Origin: an uncultured virus (IMG/VR IMGVR_UViG_3300008107_000141)
Taxonomy: Duplodnaviria > Heunggongvirae > Uroviricota > Caudoviricetes
Length of the DNA stretch: 64,000 nucleotides
Virus record (IMG/VR): IMGVR_UViG_3300008107_000141
Direction: 5' to 3' (one strand)
Positions 10,557 to 22,600 of this stretch are shown here, one piece after another. Under the pieces are notes generated by a model that saw only the letters and a program-made list of their open reading frames with translations, was not told the origin of the DNA and made no database searches. The position numbers and the translations under genes were made by a program. The number at the start of each line of letters is the position of its first letter. Position 1 is the stretch's first letter.

Positions 10557-11230
10557 GAGCCGTATTTAATTCAGCGCAATTTAAAAAAGAAATGAACAAT
10601 ATGGTAGATTATTCTATGGGATTTTTGGAGGGCATACAAAGAGGTAAGACAGTATTTCTAAAAACAATAGGGGTAGAAACAGTAGAACTTATGAAAGAGT
10701 TTATAGATTCTAACGCTAGGGTTAATCCAGATATGCTGCATCATGTTTATGAATGGAATCAGACAGGTAGTCCTAGTGCAAGATTATATGATATATCATA
10801 TACAACAAGTAATCTAGGTTTGTCATTTAGGTCGTCGTTTCGTCAATCTACTTCAATAAAGAATGGGTCTAGGACTCCGTTTTATGATAAGGCAAGAATA
10901 ATGGAAGAAGGCATTCCAGTTACAATTAGACCAAGAGTGGCACAAGTCTTGGCATTTGAAGATAACGGAGAAACAGTGTTTACAAAAAATGAAGTAAGGG
11001 TAGACAGCCCTGGAGGAACAGAAGTTCAGGGTGGTTTTGAAAAGGTATTTGATATGTTCTTTAATAGATATTTTTCTCAAGCATTTTTAAGAGTAAGCGG
11101 TATTGCTAGATATCTTGAGAATCCAGTTGTATATAGAAAAGATATGGCAGCAGGTAAAAGACTGGGCAGATCTAAAGGTTTGTCAACGGGCTATCGTTGG
11201 ATTGCTAATGCAGGAGTTGGTATTCAGTGA
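10553..11230 (+). CDS. Putative neck/tail completion protein
   Basis: Synteny between adaptor and tail terminator. Confidence 0.4.
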   Translation: MRAVFNSAQFKKEMNNMVDYSMGFLEGIQRGKTVFLKTIGVETVELMKEFIDSNARVNPDMLHHVYEWNQTGSPSARLYDISYTTSNLGLSFRSSFRQSTSIKNGSRTPFYDKARIMEEGIPVTIRPRVAQVLAFEDNGETVFTKNEVRVDSPGGTEVQGGFEKVFDMFFNRYFSQAFLRVSGIARYLENPVVYRKDMAAGKRLGRSKGLSTGYRWIANAGVGIQ

Positions 11231-11742
11231 CAGCATTAATTCATCATCCACCTACAATTATCAACAAATATCTTGCATCAAAACTAGATATGCCTGAATT
11301 TAGCGGGGCCGCATATTTTTTCCCAACTCTTCCAACACAAATAGATGCGTTAACTGAAACATTTCCAGACAGTAATGGAGTTTTTGCTGTGTATGACAGA
11401 ATGTTTAAAATGAGAAGGGTTCCATTTCCATACATAAAGTGCGAACAACTTTTGTACTATTTCTATGCCACTGGCGATGACGCACAAAAAAAGATGATAA
11501 TTACTCAGCAGCAGGTAAATGACCTTTTAGATTATGCAGATGATTCGGCAAAAGATCTAAATGAATGGGCAGCAGCAAACCAAGAAGATTGGAACGCAGA
11601 ATCTAAGCCATGCTTTTTCCACAACTTTAAGATTTATCAACTAGAAGAAACCAGAGACATCGTGGACTTTGGCACAGCCCGTACTTATGCGGGGAATAAG
11701 ATCATAATAGACTACGATTGGCACCCTGTAAACCCATCATAA
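11227..11742 (+). CDS. Putative tail terminator protein
   Basis: Immediately upstream of the major tail gene. Confidence 0.4.
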   Translation: MTALIHHPPTIINKYLASKLDMPEFSGAAYFFPTLPTQIDALTETFPDSNGVFAVYDRMFKMRRVPFPYIKCEQLLYYFYATGDDAQKKMIITQQQVNDLLDYADDSAKDLNEWAAANQEDWNAESKPCFFHNFKIYQLEETRDIVDFGTARTYAGNKIIIDYDWHPVNPS

Positions 11743-11807
11743 AAAGGCTGTATAATTATGGTGAGGAAACAAACCCCCTTTTAATAAAATGAAAGAGGTG
11801 AGAATAT

Positions 11808-12464
11808 ATGGCATACAGCCGTGGTTCAAGTAGTAACATTATCGTGGGTGCAGCAGCACTCTTCACGCATAATGCAGGTCCAATCGGATACGACTCAGCG
11901 CTTGGCAAGATTACTGATGCAAAAGCAGCACTAGATCTTCCAGCAATGACAGCATCCGCAACATCCTACAAGGAAACTTTGTCACTTGATGACGAAAATT
12001 ACACCAACGTAGGTTATACATCGAACGGTTTGGAACTCGCATTCCAGCCAGATTTCGGTGAAGTAGCAGTAGATCAACTTCTCGACGTTGCTCGTCTATT
12101 CAAGCAAGGTATGACAGTTAATCTAAATACATCATTCGCAGAGGCAACACTAGAAAATCTTTTAGTTGCAATTGCAGCAGATGATACAGACCTAGTATCA
12201 GCATCAGGACTCTCAACATTGAAGATGTCCGCAGGTGATATTGGTGACGTTCCACTAGAGCGTGGACTAGTAGCAGTAGGACCAGGATCTGGTTCTTCAG
12301 CAACTCCAAAGGAAAGAATCTATGTTGCATACCGTGCACTCTCAATTGAGAATGTTACAGTATCAGCAAAGCGTGATGAGGCTTCAATGTTTGAAGTATC
12401 ATTCCGTCTCCTTCCAAACGATGACGCATCATACGGTAAAATCGTAGATCGTTCACTCGACTAA
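11808..12464 (+). CDS. Major tail (tube) protein
   Basis: NIIVGAAALF, VGYTSNGLEL, VDQLLD, T.FAEATLENL motifs; biased codons; synteny. Confidence 0.8.
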   Translation: MAYSRGSSSNIIVGAAALFTHNAGPIGYDSALGKITDAKAALDLPAMTASATSYKETLSLDDENYTNVGYTSNGLELAFQPDFGEVAVDQLLDVARLFKQGMTVNLNTSFAEATLENLLVAIAADDTDLVSASGLSTLKMSAGDIGDVPLERGLVAVGPGSGSSATPKERIYVAYRALSIENVTVSAKRDEASMFEVSFRLLPNDDASYGKIVDRSLD

Positions 12465-12481
12465 TACAACTTAATAGGACT

Positions 12482-12510
12482 AGCCCAGACTCACAAGGTC
12501 TGGGCTTTTC
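12482..12510 (+). terminator. Intrinsic terminator after major tail gene
   Basis: AGCCCAGAC-TCACAAG-GTCTGGGCT-TTTC. Confidence 0.75.
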
Positions 12511-12514
12511 CATT

Positions 12515-12523
12515 TGGTATACT
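12515..12523 (+). promoter_or_regulatory. Extended -10 promoter, leaderless transcript
   Basis: TGGTATACT, then 6 nt, then ATG 12530. Confidence 0.65.
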
Positions 12524-12529
12524 TATATA

Positions 12530-13210
12530 ATGGCAACAAGCGTATATGAAAAGAAAAAATTTTCTCTTATTGATGGAACGGTCATTGATGCTGCTCCACT
12601 AAAAATAAAATATCTTAGAGAATTTTTAACAAAATTTGAAACAATAAAATCAGCAAAAACAGATGATGAATCAATATCTGTCTTGGTTCTTTGTGCTCTT
12701 ATAGCAATGAAGCAATATGCTCCATATATAAAAACTATAGATGACCTTGAAGACAATTTAGACTTACCAACAATATATGAGGTTATCGATATTGCAGCAG
12801 GAATTAAGATTAATCAAAAATCAGAAGAGCCAGTAAAATCTCAAGCCGTAGATAGCGGATCTTCCTGGGAGACTTTGGATTTAGCAAAATTAGAAGCAGA
12901 GGCGTTTTTGATTGGCATTTGGAAAGACTATGAAGAATTAGAACAATCTTTGTCAATGCCTGAATTAACTGCAACAATTAAGGCTAAAAGAGATTTAGAC
13001 TACAGCGATAAAAAGTTTGCCGCTGCTATGCAAGGTGTGGATCTTGATAAAAATTCAGGGAATAGTAATGAATGGGAAGATATGAAGGCTAGGGTATTTA
13101 GTAAAGGTGCAGCAGAAAATGGAAATGATATCCTTGCACTTCAGGGTAAAAATGCAGAAAGGGCTGGTTTTGGAATAGGAATGGGCCTAACCTATGAGGT
13201 TATAGAATAG
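12530..13210 (+). CDS. Tail assembly chaperone, long (G-T-like) form
   Basis: Lies between tail tube and TMP. The N-terminal ~95 aa is paralogous to 13267..13590; the C-terminal half carries WKDYEELEQSLSMPEL. Confidence 0.7.
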   Translation: MATSVYEKKKFSLIDGTVIDAAPLKIKYLREFLTKFETIKSAKTDDESISVLVLCALIAMKQYAPYIKTIDDLEDNLDLPTIYEVIDIAAGIKINQKSEEPVKSQAVDSGSSWETLDLAKLEAEAFLIGIWKDYEELEQSLSMPELTATIKAKRDLDYSDKKFAAAMQGVDLDKNSGNSNEWEDMKARVFSKGAAENGNDILALQGKNAERAGFGIGMGLTYEVIE

Positions 13211-13266
13211 CAAAAAAATAGACTCCGCTATGGTATAATTAACTTTAACCTTATAAGGAGGAATAA

Positions 13267-13590
13267 ATGGCAACTGCCACGGAAGAAAAAACAGTAACTC
13301 TCATCGATGGAACAAAGATCAAGGTAAGACCATTAAAGATCTCACTACTTCGTCCATTCATGAAGAAGTTTGAAGATATCGCCAAAGTAGCAGAAGACAA
13401 TGAAAAGTCAATGACTCTACTTATGGAATGTGTACAAATCGCAATGCAGCAATACAAGCCAGAGTTGGCGGAAGACAAGGAAGCCCTAGAAGAAAATATA
13501 GACCTTCCTACAGTATACAAGATCGTCGAAGAGGCATCTGGAATTAGACTTTCAGACGCAACTCTGCTTGGCAATCTTGTAAATAACTAA
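13267..13590 (+). CDS. Tail assembly chaperone, short (G-like) form
   Basis: Own promoter TGGTATAAT (13231-13239) and strong SD TAAGGAGG; paralog of the preceding gene's N-terminus. Confidence 0.7.
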   Translation: MATATEEKTVTLIDGTKIKVRPLKISLLRPFMKKFEDIAKVAEDNEKSMTLLMECVQIAMQQYKPELAEDKEALEENIDLPTVYKIVEEASGIRLSDATLLGNLVNN

Positions 13591-13608
13591 ATAAAGAGGT
13601 GTTGATGG

Positions 13609-16600
13609 ATGGCTGATGTTCAATCCAATATTCATGTAAATATTGATACGTCAGATGCTTTAGCAAGTTTAAAACTTCTACAGCGTCAAATATCAGCCTT
13701 CCACACACAGATGTCAAAGTCTGGCGCAGCAGCGTCAGCGGTAGCAGCAAATCAAGCACAAAACTTGATGAACAGCATAAATGCTACTGGAAAATTTCAA
13801 GCAACCATGCGAACGGTTGCTACAAGTACTGAGTATTTTACTAACGCTTTAGAAAAAAATAAACTAACCTCCAGAGAGTATTTTAGGTATACTGGAGCAG
13901 CAACCAAAACTTTTGGTAGACTTTTTAAATCTGAGTTTGAAACAATAAATAAAGTTGCACGAGAGCGTGTAAAAGATATCCAGACCCAGTATATAAAGAT
14001 GGGTCGTGGGGCAAATGGAGCCCTTCAAGCCATTGCCGTAAGACCTCTCACATTGGACATGAAAAATCTTGCTACACAAACGCAAATCGCAGCACAGAGA
14101 CAGCAACTATTAAATCAATTACTAAAGCAAGGCTCAACTAATCTATTAAATTTTGGTAAGAATACGCAGTGGGCTGGTCGTCAGTTGATGGTTGGTTTTA
14201 CAGTGCCATTGATGCTACTCGGATCAACTGCAGCAAAAACTTTCATGAAACTTGAAGAGCAGGCAATTAGGTTTAAGCGTGTTTACGGTGAAATGTTTAC
14301 TACGCAAGAAGAAACTGACGCAATGGTTAAGCAGATACAGACACTTGCAAAAGAATATACTAAGTATGGTGTTGCTGTTGAAAAGACCATGGAGATGGCA
14401 GCAAACGCTGCAGCAATGGGTAAAATGGGTGCAGAACTTACTGCACAAGTTACCGAAGCAACACGACTTGCCGTGCTTGGCGGTGTTGAACAGGAACAGG
14501 CTCTTGAGACAACAATTTCTGTTACTAACGCATTTGGTGTAGCAGCAGAAGATTTGGCAAAGAAGATTGACTTCCTTAACGCAGTTGAAAACCAAACTGT
14601 TGTATCTATTGAAGATTTAACTATTGCTATTCCTAAAGCAGGACCAGTTGTACAGCAACTCGGTGGCGATGTTGAAGACCTAGCATTCTTCCTTACAGCA
14701 ATGAAGGAAGGTGGTATTAATGCATCAGAAGGCGCTAACGCACTTAAGTCTGGTCTAGCATCATTAATCAATCCATCTGAAAAAGCATCTAAGATGCTCG
14801 CAGGGCTTGGCATAAATATTAAAGGTATTGTTGAAGCAAATAAAGGAGATGTTGCAGCAACTGTTGTAGGATTTTCACAAGCCTTAGATACACTAGATCC
14901 GCTTAATCGTGCAAGAGCAATTGAGCAATTGTTTGGAAAGTTCCAGTTTTCAAGACTTTCAACACTATTTAAGAACGTAACTGCAGAGGGCTCTCAGGCA
15001 GCCAGAGTTTTGGGATTAACAAAAGCAACAACAGAAGAGTTAGCAATTCTGTCACAGCGAGAATTGGACAAGATAGAAAATACAACAACATATAAGTTTA
15101 AAAAGTCTATAGAAGATCTTAAGGTAACACTTGCACCAGTTGGAGAGCAGTTCTTAAAGGCTCTTACTCCAATTGTAGAATTTGCATCTAAGATTTTAGA
15201 TAAATTTAATAACCTGGGAGAAGGAAGTAAAAAGTTTTTAACTATTCTCACCGTAGCGCTAGGAGCAATTGGACCGATTGCTCTTATGACATTCGGTCTG
15301 TTGGCTAACGGACTTGCAAATATAATTAAGTTATTTGCAACAATGAAAACCTCGTTCAACCGTGCTGGCTCATCAACACAGATACTTGGTAACCAAACAG
15401 ACTATTTAACTCAACAACAACTTGAGGCATCTGCAGTAGCGGCATCATTAGATCAAGTTCACCAAAAACTTAGACAAACCTTTACCTCTGAAACTGCAGC
15501 AGTCAATGCACTTGCAGCAGCATATCAAAGGGCAATCGCTTCACAATTAGGATTTACTGGACCAGTAGGTAGAGGTGGAAAAGGTGGCGGTATCCCACAA
15601 AGTAGAAGATACTCAACAGGCGTTGAAAGAGTTCCAGGACCAATGGGTGCAGGCGACATTGTCCCAGCATTGCTATCTCCTGGCGAAGCAGTTATTCCTG
15701 CACAAGCAGCACAAGATCCAGCAAATAGGCCAGTTATTACTTCTTTAATTAATGATGGAACGGCTGTTCCTAAAACTAAAAAGAAAAGAACTAAGCCAGA
15801 TACGGTTTTTGCACATGCGACAAGTCCGCAACAAATGCAGACAAAGAATATTTCAGACCAGTTTGGCGACATACGAACCAATCTTGGAGCAAGAGGAATT
15901 GAAAGAGCATTAGGATATCGTGGACTTGGGTTTGATATTCCAGAAGAAGTTCACAAGAAACTTACAAATAATACTTTAGATGTAAGAGAATATGAGGCAG
16001 AAATAAGAAAGGCTCGTGCTGTAGAGACAATGACTTCTCAGTTAATGAAGCCACCTTCTAATTTAACCGCAGATGAGGCTTCACGAGTAACAAACAAGAT
16101 TCGTAAAAACTTAATATTATCTTTACAAAATCTTCCAGATGGAACAAAAATAGGTGACAGAGTAATATACTCACGAATGGGTAATCTTAAAACAGGTGTA
16201 ATGGGTGGTCTTGCAAGAGACCCAAGAATTGCACCAGCAATTGAAAAGATATACTCTGTTGCTGGCATCGGCGCTGCATCTGCTTCAACTATAAAGTATG
16301 ACGCAAAGAAAATGGCTGTTGAAGATCTTATAAAAAATATAAGAACTTATGCTCCAAACACTAACCCATCTGTTGTTTCTGCAATAGAGGATCTTGCTAA
16401 AAAAGCCCCAGGAATAATGCTTGATGTTAAGCGAGATGGTGACAAGGTTGTTGCATACGAAAGACCAGAAGTTAGTGGAAAGAAGAAGTCTAAAAATCCA
16501 AATGACTGGACATTAACAGATAAAAGAAATAATGGTTCTTTAGTACAGGATAAAAACGGAAACTGGGTATTTAAAACTGGAAGATCTGGTGGAGACACTG

Positions 16601-19600
16601 GTGCAGTAAAGATTGGCGGTACTGCAGGAAAAAAACTTCTTGAAAAAGCAAGAGCAGCACTACAAGGCTTAACCGCAGAAGACATTGATGGCAGACCAAT
16701 TACCACATATGGCAAGCAACTTGAAAAGGGTACTGGATACAGCAATGTTGCTGCTCGTGATGCCTCTGGAGTGTTCCTAACAGAAGACGGTAAAAAGGTT
16801 TATGTAAAGCCAATGCCTGATTTGCGAGCAGCGCTTGCAGAGCAAAGAGCAACAATAATAGCAAGAGAAGTACATGGGCTTGAGGCTCCAAAGCAAGAAC
16901 TTAGAGTTATTAAGGATCCATACACTGGAAAAACAATGTTTGCTCTTGAGTCTGCCTATGATCCAAAGTTTACTCCAAAAGAATTGTCAGGCAATTTTAG
17001 CAGAGAAGAATATTTCAGACAACTGGTTGCAGCAAATCTTCGTGGCGATGACGACCTAAAGAAAGGAAACTTAGGCGGAAATAGGTTAGTAGATGTTGGC
17101 AAGGCTGGCGTACTAGATGGAGCGTCTGGACCAAGAGGTTACGCAGAAAGAATGCCATCAATGCTTGAAATGGCAGAAAAGAATTTAAGTGGAGTTAGGG
17201 GTCCAGCAGCAGGCAAATCACCATTCTGGTTTGGAAATGCAACGGCAGATATTGCAAAGAATATGACTCCTGATGAATACCATAAAGCAATGATTGCTGA
17301 AATTGATAGAACATTGCCAAAACTAAAAGAAACGATAGCAAAATTTAATCTTGGACCAGAAGATCAAAAATACTATCAGGCAATGATAGACAGACTTGAA
17401 GAAGGCAAAAAGGTTAACTGGAGACTCGTACACGCAAAGCATAATGCCATTCTAGTAAAGCCCGATGAATTGGTTGAAGATGAAGATGGAAAAACAGAAA
17501 AGCCAAAAACAAGAAGAAAAACTAGAGGCGTTAAGTCAGGTAGTCCAAAAGATACAAGAGAAATGAATAAGCCCAAAAAGGGTAAGAGAATTGTTCAAGG
17601 TCCTAGAGGTGTAAGGGTTCCTGGTTTTGCAGATGCTCCAGAATCAAGCAGTGCAATAGGTTCATCAATAGTTGCTGGAGCAAAATCTTCTATAGCAGAG
17701 GCTAAGTCAACAGGACAAAAAATTGGATTAACTATTTCCCAGTCTGCAGCAGCAGCATCAAGAACAGCGCTTTATGGTAGTGGGCCAGTAGATGCTAATC
17801 AAAAATCTCTTCGTCGTAAATTAGAAAAGTTAGAAAGAGATAACAAGAGATTAAATAAGATAGCAGCGCAAGCGCCAGTTCCTCAGCCAGTGGTTGCTGC
17901 AAACATGGCACAAGATGGACAAAGAATGACACCATCTGGAAGAATTAAATCCTATATTCAAAGAAGAGAAGATAAGAGGGCCGCAAGGGTCGCAGCAGGC
18001 AAGGGACCTGGTATGGGTGTCGGAGGCGCTGCTATGGCTGCCTCTGGAATTGCAATGCTAGGATCCATGGCCCCAGGCAAAGTTGGAGAAATTTCTCAAA
18101 AGATAATGATGCCTTTAATGGGTCTTTCAATGATTTTGCCTATGCTAAAGAGCCCAGTAATGGCAGTAATTGCAGGGCTTACAGCAACAGTTGGAGCATT
18201 TATTGCATTAAGAATGGCATTTAATAGTGCTCAAGAAAAAGTTTTGCAAGAGGCAGAAAAGTTTAGAGGGTCTACATCAGCAATTCAGAGCATAGCAAAG
18301 TTTGGCGGTAAAGTAACTGCATCAGAACAAATGGATCTAAGAAGAAAGAACTCGTTCTCAATGCTAGGTCCAGCAACAGGCAAAACAACATACGGAGAGG
18401 CTTTTGCTCAAACAAAAGAAGGAAAGGCTTTAACTGAAAATATAGCAAAACAAAATGCAGCAGGAAAGGGTGGTCAGGTAGTTTCTGACTTGACAAGCCA
18501 ACTTTCAACTGCAGTAATGTCTGGAGCAATGGATATTAATCAAGCAAAGAGTCTTGCAATGAATGCTGCTAAAGAAGCAGGAGATATGTCTATAGGTCTT
18601 AAAGTTATTGCACAAATGGAAAAGGTTCTTGGACCAAACGGAGAGGATTTAGATAAAAACCCTCTTGAAGTTAGAACAAGAATGATTGCCGAAAATCAAA
18701 AGAGAATGCAGTCAAACATGTCAAACATTGAAAATGCTGGCATGATTACTAAACTTGCTGGACAAAAAACAATGCAAAAGGTAGGCATAGGCGCATCTGC
18801 TGCAGGTGGCGCAGCGATAGGAGCAACACTTGGTGCTGCTCTTGGAAGCGTTGTCCCAGTTCTTGGAAATGCTGTTGGAGCAATAATCGGTGGCGGTATC
18901 GGTGCTGCAGCAGGAGCAATTGGTGGATATTTTGCCTCAAAGAAATTTACTCAACAGTCCGCACAACTTGGAGCAGCATATGCAGTAGATGCTAAAATTG
19001 CAATGGAGCAAAATAAGCAAATGCTAGATTCATTTGATTTGTATATGGAAAAGAAAGTTGAAGAGTTAAGACTTCAAGGAAAAATTAATGAAGCAAATGA
19101 ATTGCAAGAAAAGTTAATTGACAAAAGAAATGATTTAACAGCAGCACAAAGAGTTATTCAAGAAGATATTGTTTCTCAGTACAACAGTGCTGGTGGTATG
19201 CAAGAGTCAATGATGAGTGGTATGAAAAAGGCTGCCAAGGCTAGATATAAAGATAATCCAAATGAAATTGCTTACATGGATGTTGTTGGTGCACAGGCAG
19301 GACAACTTCGTAAAGATGGCGCAATAGATAAAGGTCAAGAATTTTTAATTCAGGCAAAAATGGCAAGTGGCGATATTCCTCCATCAGTCTTTAGACAACT
19401 TCTTCAGATGGCAACAGATAACAAAGACATTGCTCCAAAGATGATGAATATTATAACAAAGTTTAGTGGTGCTACATCTGAATCAATTGGTGTTGCTGCT
19501 CAAAATATTCTTAACGCTAAGGGAGATATTGACAAAACAGTACAGGCACAATTTATTACTAAAGTTTCAGCATTTGAAGAAGATTCAGACGCACTAGACT

Positions 19601-22600
19601 TTGCTAAAAATATGATTAAGTTAAACAATTTAAACGCAGTTATACCGTCTAATGTTTTGGTTAAATACTACACAGAAAATGATGCAGCCTATCAACAACT
19701 AAACACAATGCTTGACGCCATTGAAGGCAAAAAAGATTTAACAGCAACCATGGTGTACGAAATTATTCCACAGGTTAAAGGAACTAATGCATTTAATGAA
19801 GATTACTTTAATACTTTAACAGAAGACCAGCAAAAGGTGTATACAACAACAATTGCTTCAGTTATTAATGTTCCAGATCCACAGATTGTTGCAACTGACG
19901 ACTACCAGACATGGCTAAAAGAAAACACAGTAATTGAGGGTAGAACATACGGTGGAGCACAGTATAAGGGGCTATCGCAGGCTGCTTTAATTGCTCACTA
20001 TAAAGAACAGCAAGGTTTCAAGGCTGTAACTGAGGGAGCATCTATAACAGCAAAGGCTCCAGTTGGTGGTGGCGACAAGAGTAGTGGCAATAAGCCAAAG
20101 TCTTCGCCTTTAGATGATTTGGTAAAAAGGTTGAGAGATGTTCGTAAAAATCAGATTAAGGTTACAGAAGGTTTTGATGCATCGTTTAAATCTTTAAATA
20201 AATTATTTGGTGGCAAGAAAACTATTGATATTTTCGGCGGTATAGAAAATGACATGAGAAGATTGGGAGCAGGAGAAGACCTAATTGAACTCATCGTCGG
20301 CATGGATCCAAAAGAGTATGAAAAACAAAAGAATAAGTTATTTAAGTTTGATGAAAAAGGAAATATTATAAAAATAAAAGATGGCGCTAAGAGCATTGGA
20401 GATGCCCTTCAGTCTGTCAAACTTGGAGAGTTTGTTAGTGAACAACAAAAAATGGCTAATCAAATAGGTGATCAAACTGCAGCACTTAAGAGATTGCAGG
20501 CAGCAGGCATAGAAGGCTCTGTTGCTCTAGAAGCAGTAGCAGACGCTACCTTTGCAGCAGCAATTGCTAATAAGAACCTATCTGACGAACAAATAAAAAA
20601 GATAACCAAGGCATGGAACAAATCAACCAAGGCCAAAAGAGAGTATGCCGCTGTAGAGGCTGGTATACAAGAAAAGCAAGAGTTGCAAGACAGAGTAACA
20701 TTATTGAAAAAAATTACTGGAGCATTTGGAAGTTTAAAACAAGAAGAACTTCAAGCAATTATGGATAGTTCTGCACTACAAAATCTGTTAATTAATTTTG
20801 GTATAGATAATAAAGATTTTAAAGATTTGCTTCAGAAGGCAGTAGATAAAGCAAAAGTTGAATTAAAACTTAAGCAAGTGACTATTGAAGGAATGCAGGA
20901 TATATTTGATACTGGATATAGCAATGCAATGGAAGCATTTGATGTAGAAGAAACAAGGCTAAGACTTAATTTTGATGAGTCAAATAAAAAACTCAAAGAT
21001 GAAATTAAAAAGGCTGAAGAACTGATTGCCGTAAAGCAAGAGCAGATCAGAGTACAGGAAATAGGATTAAAAGAAATTGAAGACCAAGAGGCCAAGGTAA
21101 ATGAAAAATATGATGAAAGATTAAAGGCTCTTGATGAGGTTGAAAAAGCAAATGCTTCAATATCACAGCAACAGAAAGGTCAACTAACTCTTGCCGAGGC
21201 GTTGACATCTGGAGATATTGCTGCTGCTGCTCGTGCTGCACAAGAAATGAGAGCGCAGTCTGCAGCCGATGCCGTAACAAAACAAAAGGATGCCTTAGAA
21301 AAATCAAGAGAGTATGAACTATCACAACTAAGATCTAAAGACGGCAGAAGTAGAATTGAAATCGAAAAAGAAATTAAAAAACTTCAGGACGAAATTTATG
21401 ATATTGAACAAAAGAGCCTTGAGCCAAATAGAGAAACATTAAGACTTAATGAACTTGCTTTAGAAAAGGCGATTGAGGGAATTACTGTATTAGGAAAAAC
21501 AAGAGATGCATGGGAAAGAATTAAAAACGAAGTTGATCTTGCAAGAGTTAGTTCAGCACAATTTGTTAAGCAGATGCAGGATGCTCTTGATATTGTTAAT
21601 GCTTTGATTGCTGCCTATAAGAATCAAACAGTAAATACAGATCCAATCATTCCCGCTGGAGGGTACCAAGATCCTGGTGTCACTACATGTCCTCCAGGAT
21701 TTAAACTAGTTAACGGTAACTGTGTTAAGAGTGATACCGAAACAGGATGTCCTACAGGATACAGTATGGTAAATGGAAACTGTGTTAAGGATGAAACAGG
21801 TGCAAAACCATGTCCTGCAGGGTATAGCATGGTAAATGGAAACTGTGTTAAAAATCAAGATGGTGAAGGTAACAAAACTAACCCATGTGGTTCTGGGTAT
21901 TTCTTAAATCAAGAAGGAAAGTGTATTCCTATAAAAAATTCTTCAACTGATTCATCAACTGGGTCCTCTTCAGGGTCATCGTCTGGATCTTCAGGAGGGT
22001 CTAATAATTTTGATGCACTTAACTATGGACTTAATACTGGCGGATCAACTGCTGCCTTGCATTTAGAAGATTTAAGCAGAATTGCTGATGCCGTTACAGT
22101 TGCAAATATTACTAAGAATGCTGGACAAACTGCAGGAAGCCATGTTAATGATTTATTAAATATGAAGGATAGAGCAGATGCCTTTAATAAAGAAATTGTT
22201 AATGCAAATATTAAAAAGATGGGCGCCACTCCATATGCCCATTTAGACGAACTAACAAATACTCCAGCACAAAAGGCTAAGTCAGCAGCAGCATTTAGTG
22301 CAGAGGTAAAGGCAGCAAATGCTAAAAAGGCTGCAGAAGAAGCAGCAAAGAAAAAGGCTGCAGCAGATATTAAGAAGTTTGGTGGCAATGCCATAGCAGC
22401 GTCGCAGTTTGCAAACTGGAAAGCCATGGGTGGCTTAATTCAAAGATTTGCTATGGGTGGATTTGCTAGGGGGACTGATACAGTTCCAGCAATGTTAACT
22501 CCAGGCGAGTTTATTATGAGTAAGTATGCTGTCGATTCATACGGTCTAGATACAATGAGAAAAATAAATAATGGAGAGTTGTCTGGCGGTTCAGTGTATA

